Made by a program: the position numbers and the translations under genes. DNA of 64,000 nucleotides. Source: Macrostomum lignano (lineage: Eukaryota). This document shows positions 37,598 through 48,599 of this stretch, one piece after another (the stretch's first letter is position 1; the number at the start of each line of letters is the position of its first letter). The DNA is taken from NCBI GenBank assembly GCA_002269645.1, contig NIVC01001162.1, positions 54,437-118,436 on the forward strand. Direction: 5' to 3'. Under the pieces are notes generated by a model. That model made no database searches. It was not told the DNA's origin and saw only the letters and a program-made list of their open reading frames with translations.

Positions 37598-38166
37598 GTG
37601 TTCTTCCGCTCCGGCGCCCTCGCCCAGCTGGACGAGCGCCGCGAGGAGGCGGCCCGCTCGCACCTGGTCCACTTCCAGGCTGCATGCCGTGGCCATCTGG
37701 CCCGCCGGCGCGCCCACGAGGCTCGAGTCCGGGCCCACGCGGCCGAGATTATCCAGCGCAACTGCGCCATCTACATGGAGCTGCGGCGCTGGCCTTGGTG
37801 GCGCCTGTACAGCCGGGTCCGCCCGCTGGCGTTGGCGAGCGCCAGAGCCGCAGGCGCGGCCGACCCAAGCGAAGTGGCCGAGCTCCGAGCTCGAATTGAG
37901 CAGCTGGAACGGGAGCGAGCTGAGCTGCGGCAGCGCTGCGCCCAGCTGGAGAACAAGCTGACTAACGTTAATAACGATTTGCGCCACGATCGCTCGGAGG
38001 CGGCCAACTTCAGCGAGCAGCTGGAGACTGAGCGCGAGCGCCGCCTCATCGCCGAGCGGGAAGCGGATGAGCTCAGACAGAAATTGTCGGCTGAACGGCG
38101 GAGATACGAACAGCTGGAGAATGAACTCACTGTGCTGCATCAGAAGGATGTGCAGAGTGCGCTTCG
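37598..38166 (+). CDS. MYO18A: Myosin XVIII exon: converter end, IQ motif, coiled-coil start
   Basis: VFFRSGALAQLDERR..FQAACRGHLARR..IIQRN..WPWWRLYSRVRPL. Most plausible donor CG|gtgggt (phase 2); the end is less certain. Confidence 0.88.
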
Positions 38167-38229
38167 GTGGGTTGACGGAGCTCTACAGAGCTTACAGGCT
38201 TTTTAGGGTTTGGGATTAGCTTGGGTGTT

Positions 38230-38848
38230 ACAGGGGAATCAGTGGGGATTACAGGGGAATCAGTGGAGATTGCCGGGGAATCAGTGGAGATTGCCGGGGA
38301 ATTAGTGGAGATTGCCGGGGAATCAGTGGGTATTACAGGGGAATAAGTGGGGATTGCAGGGGAATCAGTGGGGATTGCAGGGGAATCAGTGGGGATTGCT
38401 AGGGAATCAGTGGGGATTGCCGGGGAATCAGTGGGTATTACAGGGAATAAGTGGGGATTGCAGGGGAATCAGTGGGGATTGCAGGGGAATCAGTGGGTAT
38501 TACAGGGGAATAAGTGGGGATTGCAGGGGAATCAGTGGGGATTGCAGGGGAATCAGTGGGGATTGCTAGGGAATCAGTGGGGATTGCCGGGGAATCAGTG
38601 GGTATTACAGGGGAATAAGTGGGGATTGCAGGGGAATCAGTGGGGATTGCAGGGGAATCAGTGGGTATTACAGGGGAATAAGTGGGGATTGCAGGGGAAT
38701 CAGTGGGGATTGCAGGGGAATCAGTGGGGATTGCTAGGGAATCAGTGGGGATTGCCGGGGAATCAGTGGGTATTACAGGGGAATAAGTGGGGATTGCCGG
38801 GGAATCAGTGGGGTTGCAGGGGAATCAGTGGGGTTGCAGGGGAATTAG
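38230..38848. repeat. 21-bp G-rich minisatellite (GGGAATCAGTGGGGATTGCAG), about 29 copies
   Basis: Direct repeats. Confidence 0.95.
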
Positions 38849-38870
38849 CAGGTCTACAAATGAATCATAG

Positions 38871-38882
38871 CTGGTACTCCAG
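38871..38882 (+). CDS. MYO18A: Candidate 12-nt micro-exon (CTGGTACTCCAG)
   Basis: tcatag|CTGGTACTCCAG|gtgagt; frame-preserving (R-W-Y-S-R); followed by a 42-nt intron. Confidence 0.45.
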
Positions 38883-38924
38883 GTGAGTAACAATTTAATG
38901 AATCATCTCCAACAACCCGCGCAG

Positions 38925-39300
38925 ATCCAGCCGGCTGGAGGACAGCTCCAGCAAGAAACGGGACGACACTGCAACTTCGGACGACGGCGAAGAGACGGAG
39001 GTGATGTACCGGCTGCGCATCGACCGGCTGGGCCGGGATCTGGCCACGGCCAATGCCAAGCTGGCCGATCAGGAGGCTGAGCACTACGATCAGCGCAAAG
39101 CCGTGGAGGCCAGGCTACAGACCGTCAGCGTTGAGCGCGACGATCTGGTCGAAGAGGTGGCCGGATTGAAACGGCGGGCTACGAAAACTCAGCAGGAGGC
39201 GTCTGACCTGCGCGCGCAGCTGGAGGAGGCTCTGGACCGGAAGTCGGATCTGGAGAAACGGCAGAAGCGGCACGATGCGGAATTAGCCAGACTCAATCAG
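38925..39300 (+). CDS. MYO18A: Myosin XVIII coiled-coil exon
   Basis: acccgcgcag|A (phase 2) ..MYRLRIDRLGRDL..DLEKRQKRHDAEL; CAG|gtgcat. Confidence 0.88.
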
Positions 39301-39324
39301 GTGCATTTGCCGTTTAGGTGCTTT

Positions 39325-39346
39325 GATTGATTGATTGATTGGTTGG

Positions 39347-39381
<35 letters not shown>

Positions 39382-39640
39382 GTTAGTCAGTTGATTGATT
39401 GATTGCTTGATTGATTGGTAGGTTAATTGAATGATTGATAGATAGATAGATAGATTGATAGCTTGATGAGTCAATAGATTGATAGCTTGATAGCTTGATG
39501 AGTCAATAGATTGATAGTTTGATGAGTCAATAGATTGATACTTTGATAAGTCGGTAGATTGATAGTTTGATGTGTCAATAGATTGATAGATTGGTGAGTC
39601 AATGGATTAATAGTTTGATGAGTCAATAGGTTGATAGTTT
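39325..39640. repeat. (GATT)n/(GATA)n microsatellite grading into a GATGAGTCAATAGATTGATAG repeat
   Basis: Direct repeats. Confidence 0.9.
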
Positions 39641-39717
39641 GAATGGATTGAAAGCTGATTAATAAGTTTTATTTGATTAATAGACTGGTAAAACATCGAT
39701 AGAAACCCGAATTCCAG

Positions 39718-40077
39718 GAGCTCTCAGACCAGCTGGAGTCCCGCGAAGCTCTTCAGCGCACTCGCGACGAGCTGCTTGGCGACAAGTGGCGCCTGGAGCG
39801 CGAACTGCAGGACGCCAAAGCCTCGGCGGCCAGCGCCCAGGAGCGGTCCCAGCGGCTGCAGGACCAGCTGGCGGACCTCACTGGCGGCCTGATGACTAGC
39901 GCCGGCTCCGCCTCGGAGAGCGAATTCGAGATGGGCCGGCTGAAGCGGGCCCGGGCGGACCTGGAGCAGAAGGTGGCCTCGCTCGAGGAGGAGGTCGAAG
40001 ACCTGGCTGCTCAACTCGATGCTGCTGAGCAGGACAAGTCCCGTATTGAGATGGAGGCAGAGAGACTGCGGCAGCAG
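39718..40077 (+). CDS. MYO18A: Myosin XVIII coiled-coil exon
   Basis: aattccag|GAG..LKRARADLEQKVASLEEEVEDLAAQLDAAEQDKSRIEM..CAG|gtgagg; 360 nt. Confidence 0.9.
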
Positions 40078-40096
40078 GTGAGGCTGAGTTAATAGG

Positions 40097-40497
40097 GCTG
40101 GACTGACTTGTTGATACACTGGACTGATTTGTTGATAAACTGGACTGATTTGTTGATAAACTGGACTGATTTGTTGATAAACTGGACTGATTTGTTGATA
40201 AACTGGACTGATTTGTTGATAAACTGGACTGATTTGTTGATAAACTGGACTGATTTGTTGATAAACTGGACTGATTTTTTGATAAACTGGACTGATTTTT
40301 GATAAACTGGACTGATTTTTTGATAAACTGGACTGATTTGTTGATAAACTGGACTGATTTGTTGATAAACTGGACTGATTTGTTGATAAACTGGACTGAT
40401 TTGTTGATAAACTGGACTGATTTGTTGATAAACTGGACTGATTTGTTGATAAACTGGACTGATTTGTTGATAAACTGGACTGATTTGTTGATGAACT
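40097..40497. repeat. 21-bp minisatellite (CTGGACTGATTTGTTGATAAA), about 19 copies
   Basis: Fills nearly all of intron 40078-40519. Confidence 0.95.
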
Positions 40498-40519
40498 AGA
40501 CCAGCCATTCCGATCCCAG

Positions 40520-40939
40520 ATGGCCCGCGAGGCGGAGGAGCGGGACGCCGAGCTGGACAACCAGCGCTACGCCCAGCAGCGCCGACTGCGCAACCTGGAG
40601 GAGCAGCTCGAAGAGGAGCAGCAGGAGCGGCAGCGGCTGGCTAGGGAGAAGCGCGAGGCTGAGCGCCAGCTGGCGGAGCTGGTGGCGCGAGATCAGGATG
40701 GCGCTAGCGCCTCCGGCGGTCCCAGGGCCGACGCAGAACGTCGACGCCAGCGCAAGGAGTTGAAACGGCTGCGCGCGGTGCTGAAGGACACGCAGGCCGA
40801 GCTGGAGCAGGTCAGGCGGGCTGGCGACCAGAGCGGCCTCATCAAGCAGCTACGCGAACAGCTCGAAGATGCCGAGTCGGCGCGCGACCTGGCGCTCAGA
40901 GGGCGCCGCTCGGCTGAGGCCGATTTGGAGGAGCTTCAG
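40520..40939 (+). CDS. MYO18A: Myosin XVIII coiled-coil exon
   Basis: gatcccag|ATG..LRNLEEQLEEE..ELKRLRAVLKDTQ..LREQLEDAE..DLEELQ|gtgcga; 420 nt. Confidence 0.9.
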
Positions 40940-41035
40940 GTGCGACCAGGGTTTGCTTGCCTGTCTGCCTGCCTGTCTGTTTGTCTGTCTGGCCTAGTGT
41001 CCATGACTACCTGTCTTGGTGCCTGTCTACTATTC

Positions 41036-43562
41036 TTCCAGCCTCCCTAATTCCCAGCTCCCAGTCCCAGTTCCCTAATCCCCAGCTCCCAGCCCCAGCT
41101 CCCTAATCCCCAGCCTCCCTAATCCCCAGCTCCCAGTCCCAGCCTCCCTAATCCCTAGCTCCTAGTTCCCTAATCCCAGCCTCCCTAATCCAAAGCTCCC
41201 AGTCCCAGCCTCCCTAATCCCCAGCTCCCAGCCCCAGTCTCCCTAATCCCCAGCTCCCAGCCCCAGTCTCCCTAATCCCTAGGTCCCAGCCCCAGCCTCT
41301 AATCCCCAGCTCCTAGCGCCAGTCTCCCTAATCCCCAGCTCCCAGCCCCAGTCTCCCTAATCCCCAGCCTCACTAATCCCCAGCCCCCAGTCCCAGTCTC
41401 CCTAATCCATAGCTCCTAGTTCCCTAATCCCAGCCTCCCTAATCCAAAGCTCCCAGTCCCAGCCTCCCTAATCCCCAGCTCCCAGCCCCAGTCTCCCTAA
41501 TCCCCAGCTCCCAGCCCCAGTCTCCCTAATCCCCAGCCTCACTAATCCCCAGCCCCCAGTCCCAGCCTCCCTAATCCAAAGCTCCCAGTCCCAGCCTCCC
41601 TAATCCCCAGCTCCCAGCCCCAGCCTCCCTAATCCCCAGCTCCCAGCCCCAGTCTCCCCAATCCCCAGCTCCCAGCCCCAGCCTCCCTAATCCCCATCTC
41701 CCAGCCCCAGCTCCCCTAATCCCCAGCTCCCAGCGCCAGCCTCCCTAATCCCCAGCTCCCAGTCCCAGCCTCCCTAATCCCCAGCTCCCAGCCCCAGCCT
41801 CCCTAATCCCCAGCTCCCAGCCCCAGCCTCCCTAATCCCCAGCTCCCAGCCCCAGTCTCCCCAATCCCCAGCTCCCAGCCCCAGTCTCCCCAATTCCCAG
41901 CTCCCAGCCCCAGCCTCCCTAATCCCCAGCTCCCAGCCCCAGTCTCCCCAATCCCCAGCTCCCAGCCCCAGCCTCCCTAATCCCCAGCTCCCAGCCCCAG
42001 TCTCCCTAATCCCCAGCTCCCAGCCCCAGTCTCCCTAATCCCTAGCTCCCAGCCCCAGCCTCTAATCCCCAGCTCCCAGCGCCAGTCTCCCTAATCCCCA
42101 GCTCCCAGCCCCAGCCTCCCTAATCCCTAGCTCCCAGCCCCAGTCTCCCCAATCCCCAGCTCCCAGCCCCAGCCTCCCTAATCCCCAGCTCCCAGCGCCA
42201 GCCTCCCTAATCCCCAGCTCCCAGCCCCAGCCTCCCTAATCCCCAGCTCCCAGCCCCAGTCTCCCCAATCCCCAGCTCCCAGCCCCAGCCTCCCTAATCC
42301 CCATCTCCCAGCCCCAGCTCCCCTAATCCCCAGCTCCCAGCGCCAGCCTCCCTAATCCCCAGCTCCCAGTCCCAGCCTCCCTAATCCCCAGCTCCCAGCC
42401 CCAGGCTTTCTAATCCCCAGCTCCCAGCCCCAGCCTCCCTAATCCCCAGCTCCCAGCCCCAGTCTCCCCAATCCCCAGCTCCCAGCCCCAGCCTCCCCAA
42501 TTCCCAGCTCCCAGCCCCAGCCTCCCTAATCCCAGCTCCCAGCCCCAGTCTCCCCAATCCCCAGCTCCCAGCCCCAGCCTCCCTAATCCCAGCTCCCAGC
42601 CCCAGTCTCCCCAATCCCCAGCTCCCAGCCCCAGCCTCCCTAATCCCCATCTCCCAGCCCCAGCCCCCCTAATCCCCAGCTCCCAGCGCCAGCCTCCCTA
42701 ATCCCCAGCTCCCAGCCCCAGTCTCCCCAATCCCCAGCTCCCAGCCCCAGCCTCCCTAATCCCCAGCTCCCAGCCCCAGTCTTTCTAATCCCCAGCTCCC
42801 AGCCCCAGTCTTTCTAATCCCCAGCTCCCAGCCCCAGCCTCCCTAATCCCCATCTCCCAGCCCCAGCTCCCCTAATCCCCAGCTCCCAGCCCCAGCCTCC
42901 CTAATCCCCAGCTCCCAGCCCCAGCCTCCCTAATCCCCAGCTCCCAGCCCCAGCCTCCCTAATCCCCAGCTCCCAGCCCCAGCCTCCCTAATCCCCAGCT
43001 CCCAGCCCCAGCCTCCCTAATCCCCAGCTCCCAGCCCCAGCCTCCCTAATCCCCAGCTCCCAGCGCCAGCCTCCCTAATCCCCAGCTCCCAGCCCCAGCC
43101 TCCCTAATCCCCAGCTCCCAGCCCCAGTCTCCCCAATCCCCAGCTCCCAGCGCCAGCCTCCCTAATCCCCAGCTCCCAGCCCCAGCCTCCCTAATCCCCA
43201 GCTCCCAGCCCCAGTCTCCCCAATCCCCAGCTCCCAGCGCCAGCCTCCCTAATCCCCAGCTCCCAGCCCCAGCCTCCCTAATCCCCAGCTCCCAGCCCCA
43301 GCCTCCCTAATCCCCAGCTCCCAGCCCCAGCCTCCCTAATCCCCAGCTCCCAGCGCCAGCCTCCCTAATCCCCAGCTCCCAGCCCCAGCCTCCCTAATCC
43401 CCAGCTCCCAGCGCCAGCCTCCCTAATCCCCAGCTCCCAGCGCCAGCCTCCCTAATCCCCAGCTCCCAGCGCCAGCCTCCCTAATCCCCAGCTCCCAGCG
43501 CCAGCCTCCCTAATCCCCAGCTCCCAGCGCCAGTCTCCCTAATCCCCAGCTCCAGCCCCAGC
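41036..43562. repeat. 29-bp C-rich minisatellite (CCCCAGCTCCCAGCCCCAGCCTCCCTAAT), about 87 copies
   Basis: Direct repeats ending 20 nt before the acceptor at 43582. Confidence 0.96.
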
Positions 43563-43582
43563 CACCTCACATGAATTGGCAG

Positions 43583-43963
43583 GCGGCGCTAGACGAGTCG
43601 CAGCGCAGCCGGGCAGAGCTGGACGACAAGCTGGCCGCGGCCACCCGGACCAGCCGGGAGCTTGCCGCGCACAACGAAGAGCTGGAAGACGAGCTCAATG
43701 ACCTGCTGCGCAAGTGCAAAGCCGCGGCCAGCCGGCAGGAGGCGGACCAGCGCACGGTGCAGAGTCAGGCGAAGGAGATCGAAGCGCTGCTATCCGAGCG
43801 GGACCAGCTGAAGCAGCGGGCTGCGGAGCTGGACGCCCGGCTGGCCAGCGCCGAGTCGGACACGGTGGACCGGGCCGTGGTGGCCAAGTACGAGAGCCGG
43901 ATTCGAGAGCTGGAGTCCAAGCTGGATTTGGAGACCACGGCCAAGACTCGGCTGACCAATCAG
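43583..43963 (+). CDS. MYO18A: Myosin XVIII coiled-coil exon
   Basis: ttggcag|GCG..ELEDELNDLLRKCKAA..YESRIRELESKLDLETT..CAG|gtgagc; 381 nt. Confidence 0.9.
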
Positions 43964-44141
43964 GTGAGCTATTGCCTGGGCGGGGGGGGGGGTAGCCGAA
44001 CAACCTTTGTTGGAGTCAGGGCTTTGTTCTGGGATTTCAGTTCCCATTATTCGAAGACTTCAAATCCCCATGCCGATATTCGAATCCGTATTTTTAAAGG
44101 ATTTTTAATACCCATTGATAAATAAAAAAACTAGTCCAACA

Positions 44142-44908
44142 ATTCCTAGTTTAATCCCCATTTCTAGCCTAATCCCAATTTCCTAGCCTAAATCCCAATT
44201 CCTAGCTTAATCCCCATTCCTAGCTTAATCCCAATTCCTAGCTTAATCCCCATTCCTAGCTTAATCCCAATTCCTAGCTTAATCCCAATTCCTAGCTTAA
44301 ATCCCAATTCCTAGCTTAATCCCCATTCCTAGCCTAATCCCAATTCCTAGCTTAATCCCCATTCCTAGCCTAATCCCAATTCCTAGCTTAATCCCAATTC
44401 CTAGCTTAAATCCCAATTCCTAGCTTAAATCCCAATTCCTAGCTTAATCCCCATTCCTAGCCTAATCCCCATTCCTAGCCTAATCCCAATTCCTAGCTTA
44501 ATCCCCATTCCTAGCCTAATCCCCATTCCTAGCCTAATCCCAATTCCTAGCTTAATCCCCATTCCTAGCCTAATCCCAATTCCTAGCTTAATCCCCATTC
44601 CTAGCCTAATCCCAATTCCTAGCTTAATCCCCATTCCTAGCCTAATCCCAATTCCTAGCTTAAATCCCAATTCCTAGCTTAATCCCCATTCCTAGCCTAA
44701 TCCCAATTCCTAGCTTAATCCCCATTCCTAGCCTAATCCCAATTCCTAGCTTAATCCCCATTCCTAGCCTAATCCCAATTCCTAGCTTAATCCCAATTCC
44801 TAGCTTAATCCAAATTCCTAGCTTAATCCCCATTCCTAGCCTAATCCCAATTCCTAGCTTAATCCCCATTCCTAGCCTAATCCCAATTCCTAGCTGAATC
44901 CCCATTCC
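44142..44908. repeat. 18-bp minisatellite (CCTAGCYTAATCCCMATT), about 42 copies
   Basis: Direct repeats. Confidence 0.95.
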
Positions 44909-45339
44909 AATATTTTAAATCCCCAGCCCGGTATTTAAATATCAACTTTCCTAAAATTATGAAATCCCACATCAGGACTTCAGGACCCACAGATGTGTTC
45001 TAGGAAGCATGCTTTCCCACCTTTGCAGGTATTTAGCTCCCTTCTGTTTAGTCAGTCAACTACACATTATAGTTCTAGGCGTTAAACTCTAGTTGTACAT
45101 ATTTTACGTAATACGATATCCTTCCCAGCTATTTTCCTGTTAATTTTGCTCTGTTTATCTTCCGCGATATTTTCACCTGTTATAGCCTACTTGCGTTGAA
45201 CTGTAAAATCAAGTGGGTTATAGCTACTGTAAGTAGTCTTATTTGAGTGTCTTTAAAGGTAAAGACCCGTTTAGAACATTGTGACAGTGCTTTAATTGGC
45301 ACCGTTTAAACGATACCCCCGCCCGGCAACTGCCCCCAG

Positions 45340-45687
45340 GTGGACAGGCTGAAGGAGCAGAGCGAGCGCACCCTGGAGGAGCGCGACACTCTGCAGAGCT
45401 CCGAGCAGGCCGAGAAAGAGAAAAGCCGGCGGCTGACCAAGCAGCTGCGCGATTTGAAGGACGACGCCACGGATCTTGAGGAGCGCCTGGCCGACAGCGA
45501 GCGCAAGCGGAACGACCTTGCCCAGCGGTTCGAGACCGCCGAGGAGGAGAAGTCCGCCATGGAGTCCGAGCTCAAAGCCGCCAAGAAGCGAATCGCCGAT
45601 CTGCAGGCTATGCTGCAGGACGGTCAGGACAGCGAGGATGACGATCTGCTTAGCGATGTCAGCTCGGGCGACCCGGATGAGAGGTGA
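45340..45687 (+). CDS. MYO18A: Myosin XVIII last recognisable coiled-coil exon and acidic tail start
   Basis: tgcccccag|GTG..RLTKQLRDLK..LKAAKKRIADLQAML..DSEDDD. Ends either at TGA 45685-45687 or at donor AG|gtgagg (45684) with unidentified tail exons. Confidence 0.85.
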   Translation: MDRLKEQSERTLEERDTLQSSEQAEKEKSRRLTKQLRDLKDDATDLEERLADSERKRNDLAQRFETAEEEKSAMESELKAAKKRIADLQAMLQDGQDSEDDDLLSDVSSGDPDER

Positions 45688-45689
45688 GG

Positions 45690-46213
45690 CTGGATGAGGA
45701 TTCTGAGATGGGGATCTGTGGGATGAGGATTTGTGGTGGGGATATGTGGGATGGAGATTGGAGATAGGGATCTGTGAGATGAAGATTGAAGATGAAGATC
45801 TGTGGGATGAGGATTTAAGACGGGTATCTGTGGGATGAGGATTTGAGATGGGGATCTGTGGGATGAGAATTTGAGATGGGGATCTGTGGGATGAGGATTT
45901 AAGATGGGGGTCTGTGGGATGAGAATTTGAGATGGGGATCTGTGGGATGAGAATTTGAGATGGGGATCTGTGGGATGAGGATTGGAGATGGGGATCTGTG
46001 GGATGAGGATTGGAGATGGGGATCTGTGGGATGAGGATTTGAGATGGGGATCTGTGGGATGAGGATTTGAGATGGGGATCTGTGGGATGAGGATTTGAGA
46101 TGGGGATATGTGGGATGAGGATTTGAGATGGGGATCTGTGGGATGAGGATTTGAGATGGGGATCTGTGGGATGAGGATTGGAGATGGGGATCTGTGGGAT
46201 GAGGATTTGAGAT
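45690..46213. repeat. 28-bp minisatellite (GATCTGTGGGATGAGGATTTGAGATGGG), about 19 copies
   Basis: Starts about 6 nt after the candidate donor at 45684. Confidence 0.95.
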
Positions 46214-46744
46214 GGTTAATCATTATTTTAAAGTCGACAATCCACTTCTCTGCAATGTAACGCTGTCTTCATCCGTATGCACTTAGTGTTTCTGTTTTTT
46301 AAGCACAAACAATAAGTTACACGGGCGTTTAGTTATTATTTGCTTGCAATCAACAGCTGTTGTTCCATTACTGTGTGCCTGGCGCACTCTATTGTATTAT
46401 GTATGCATACATTGATGAGGTATCTGTGCGCCTATGCCTACACACCGCCTGTGAAAATCCAATTTGCAGCGCCGTTTAAGGATCGGCCTTCATGGCCAAT
46501 CAGTCATCACCCTTTGCTGACTAAACTGTGTGTAGGTTTGCCAAATCTGCTTTTTAGAGCATGCCAGAAATCGCTTTGTTGCACTCCCATTGTGCCTAGT
46601 TTCTATTATTTTGCTATTAGATATCCTGTCATTTAGATAGTCACTTTCTTTTTTAATAGCATTCAGTTCCACTTGGGAGCTCTTGTAGATATTTTGTTTT
46701 AATTTCGTTTCTTTGCTCTCAGCTTATCTGTCTCTACCTGTTCT

Positions 46745-47095
46745 ATAGTGGGCTGTCACCCTCTCCTACCTGCTCTATTAGTGAGCTGTCACCCTCTCCT
46801 ACCTGCTCTATTAGTGGGCCGTCACCCTCTCCTACCTGCTCTATTAGTGAGCTGTCACCCTCTCCTACCTGCTCTATTAGTGAGCTGTCACCCTCTCCTA
46901 CCTGCTCTATTAGTGAGCTGTCACCCTCTCCTACCTGCTCTATTAGTGGGCTGTCACCCTCTCCTACCTGCTCTATTAGTGGGCTGTCACCCTCTCCTAC
47001 CTGCTCTATTAGTGAGCTGTCACCCTCTCCTACCTGCTCTATTAGTGAGCTGTCACCCTCTCCTACCTGCTCTATTAGTGGGCTGTCACCCTTTC
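46745..47095. repeat. 33-bp minisatellite (GCTGTCACCCTCTCCTACCTGCTCTATTAGTGR), about 10 copies
   Basis: Direct repeats. Confidence 0.95.
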
Positions 47096-47616
47096 CCACG
47101 GGGCTGTCTTTATGTGCTGAACATACTACTTGAGTACCCTACTAACAGTAGTCTTTATTGTGACTACTAACTGTGTTGTAAAGTACACGCTTTAGCAAAT
47201 AGGGCACAGGAAATTCCAGCGATGTTGTTATTTCGTGTTGCTTTTTGTTTTCTAAGAAAGCTGCAATGCAACTTACAGTACGAGCGCCCGTCATCTAGTT
47301 TATAATCTGTTGTCTCTGATGCAACTTATTGGAATTGGAGTGCACCGCTTCGGGTATCAGAGCAACGTGTACTTTGCTTTCTCTGTTGTGTGCATTTATA
47401 TCATATTTGTATTGTACTCGTGTCTACCCTATTGAATCAGATAGCATTGTCAATGTTTTTAAATCGGAGGCTATTAACTTCTCAGTCGGATTTTAAAATC
47501 CCATCGAATCTCAAGTGTAATAAAAATCCCCAATCAAAACTGCGGTAGGCGAAATATTGTCACTAAATTTTTCTAAGTGACAATAATTTTTAAGGGGATC
47601 GTAGGAGGGAAGTTGT

Positions 47617-48330
47617 AACCATAGGGGGTTGTGGCCATAGAGGGTTGTGGCCATAGGGGGTTGTAGCCATAGGGGGTTGTGGCAACAGGAGGTTGTGGCC
47701 ATAGGGGGTTGTGGCCACAGGAGGTTGTGGCCATAGGGGGTTGTGGCCATAGGGAGTTGTGGCCATAGGGAGTTGTGGCCATAGGGGGTTGTGGCCATAA
47801 GGGATTGTAACCATAGGGGGTTGTGGCCATAGGGGGTTGTAACCATAGGGGGTTGTGGCCATAAGGGGTTGTAACCATAGGGGGTTGTGGCCATAGGGGG
47901 TTGTGGCCATAGGGAGTTGTGGCCATAGGGGGTTGTGGCCATAAGGGATTGTAACCATAAGGGGTTGTGGCCATAAGGGGTTGTAACCATAGGGGGTTGT
48001 GGCCATAAGGGGTTGTAACCATAGGGGGTTGTAACCATAGGGGGTTGTGGCCATAGGGGGTTGTAGCCATAAGGGATTGTGGCCATAGGGGGTTGTGGCC
48101 ATAGGGGGTTGTGGCCATAGGGGGTTGTAGCCATAGGGGGTTGTAGCCATAGGGGGTTGTAGCCATAAGGGGTTGTGGCCGTAGGGGGTTGTGACCATAG
48201 GGGGTTGTGGCCATAGGGGGATGTAGCCATAGGGGCTTGTGGCCATAGGGGGTTGTGGCCATAGGTTGTAGCCACGGGTTGTTGCCATATGAAGTTGCGG
48301 CTATAGGGGGTTTTGGCCATAAGGGGTTGT
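47617..48330. repeat. 16-bp G-rich minisatellite (CCATAGGGGGTTGTGG), about 44 copies
   Basis: Direct repeats. Confidence 0.95.
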
Positions 48331-48599
48331 GGCATCAATGAATCAAGAAATCTTAAACTTCGTCTCCAATTTTCCATAGTCTATGGCCCGTAGGCTGAAG
48401 TCAACTGAACGCAAAGCACAGACCACTAACAAAACAAGTACTACTCCTCTCCTTATGAACTTTAGTCTATGGCTCAACTCTCTACCCATCAGCCAATCGA
48501 AAGCAGATTTGACCATAGACATTCCCTGGTCAACTCAGCCTGAATTGAATCAGTTGAGCCAGATGTAAAGGAATTCTGCATAGTCATTGTCAAAATTCA

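Noticed and set aside
41036-43562. Interstitial telomere
   Set aside because: Only one CCCTAA per 29-bp unit, not (TTAGGG)n.
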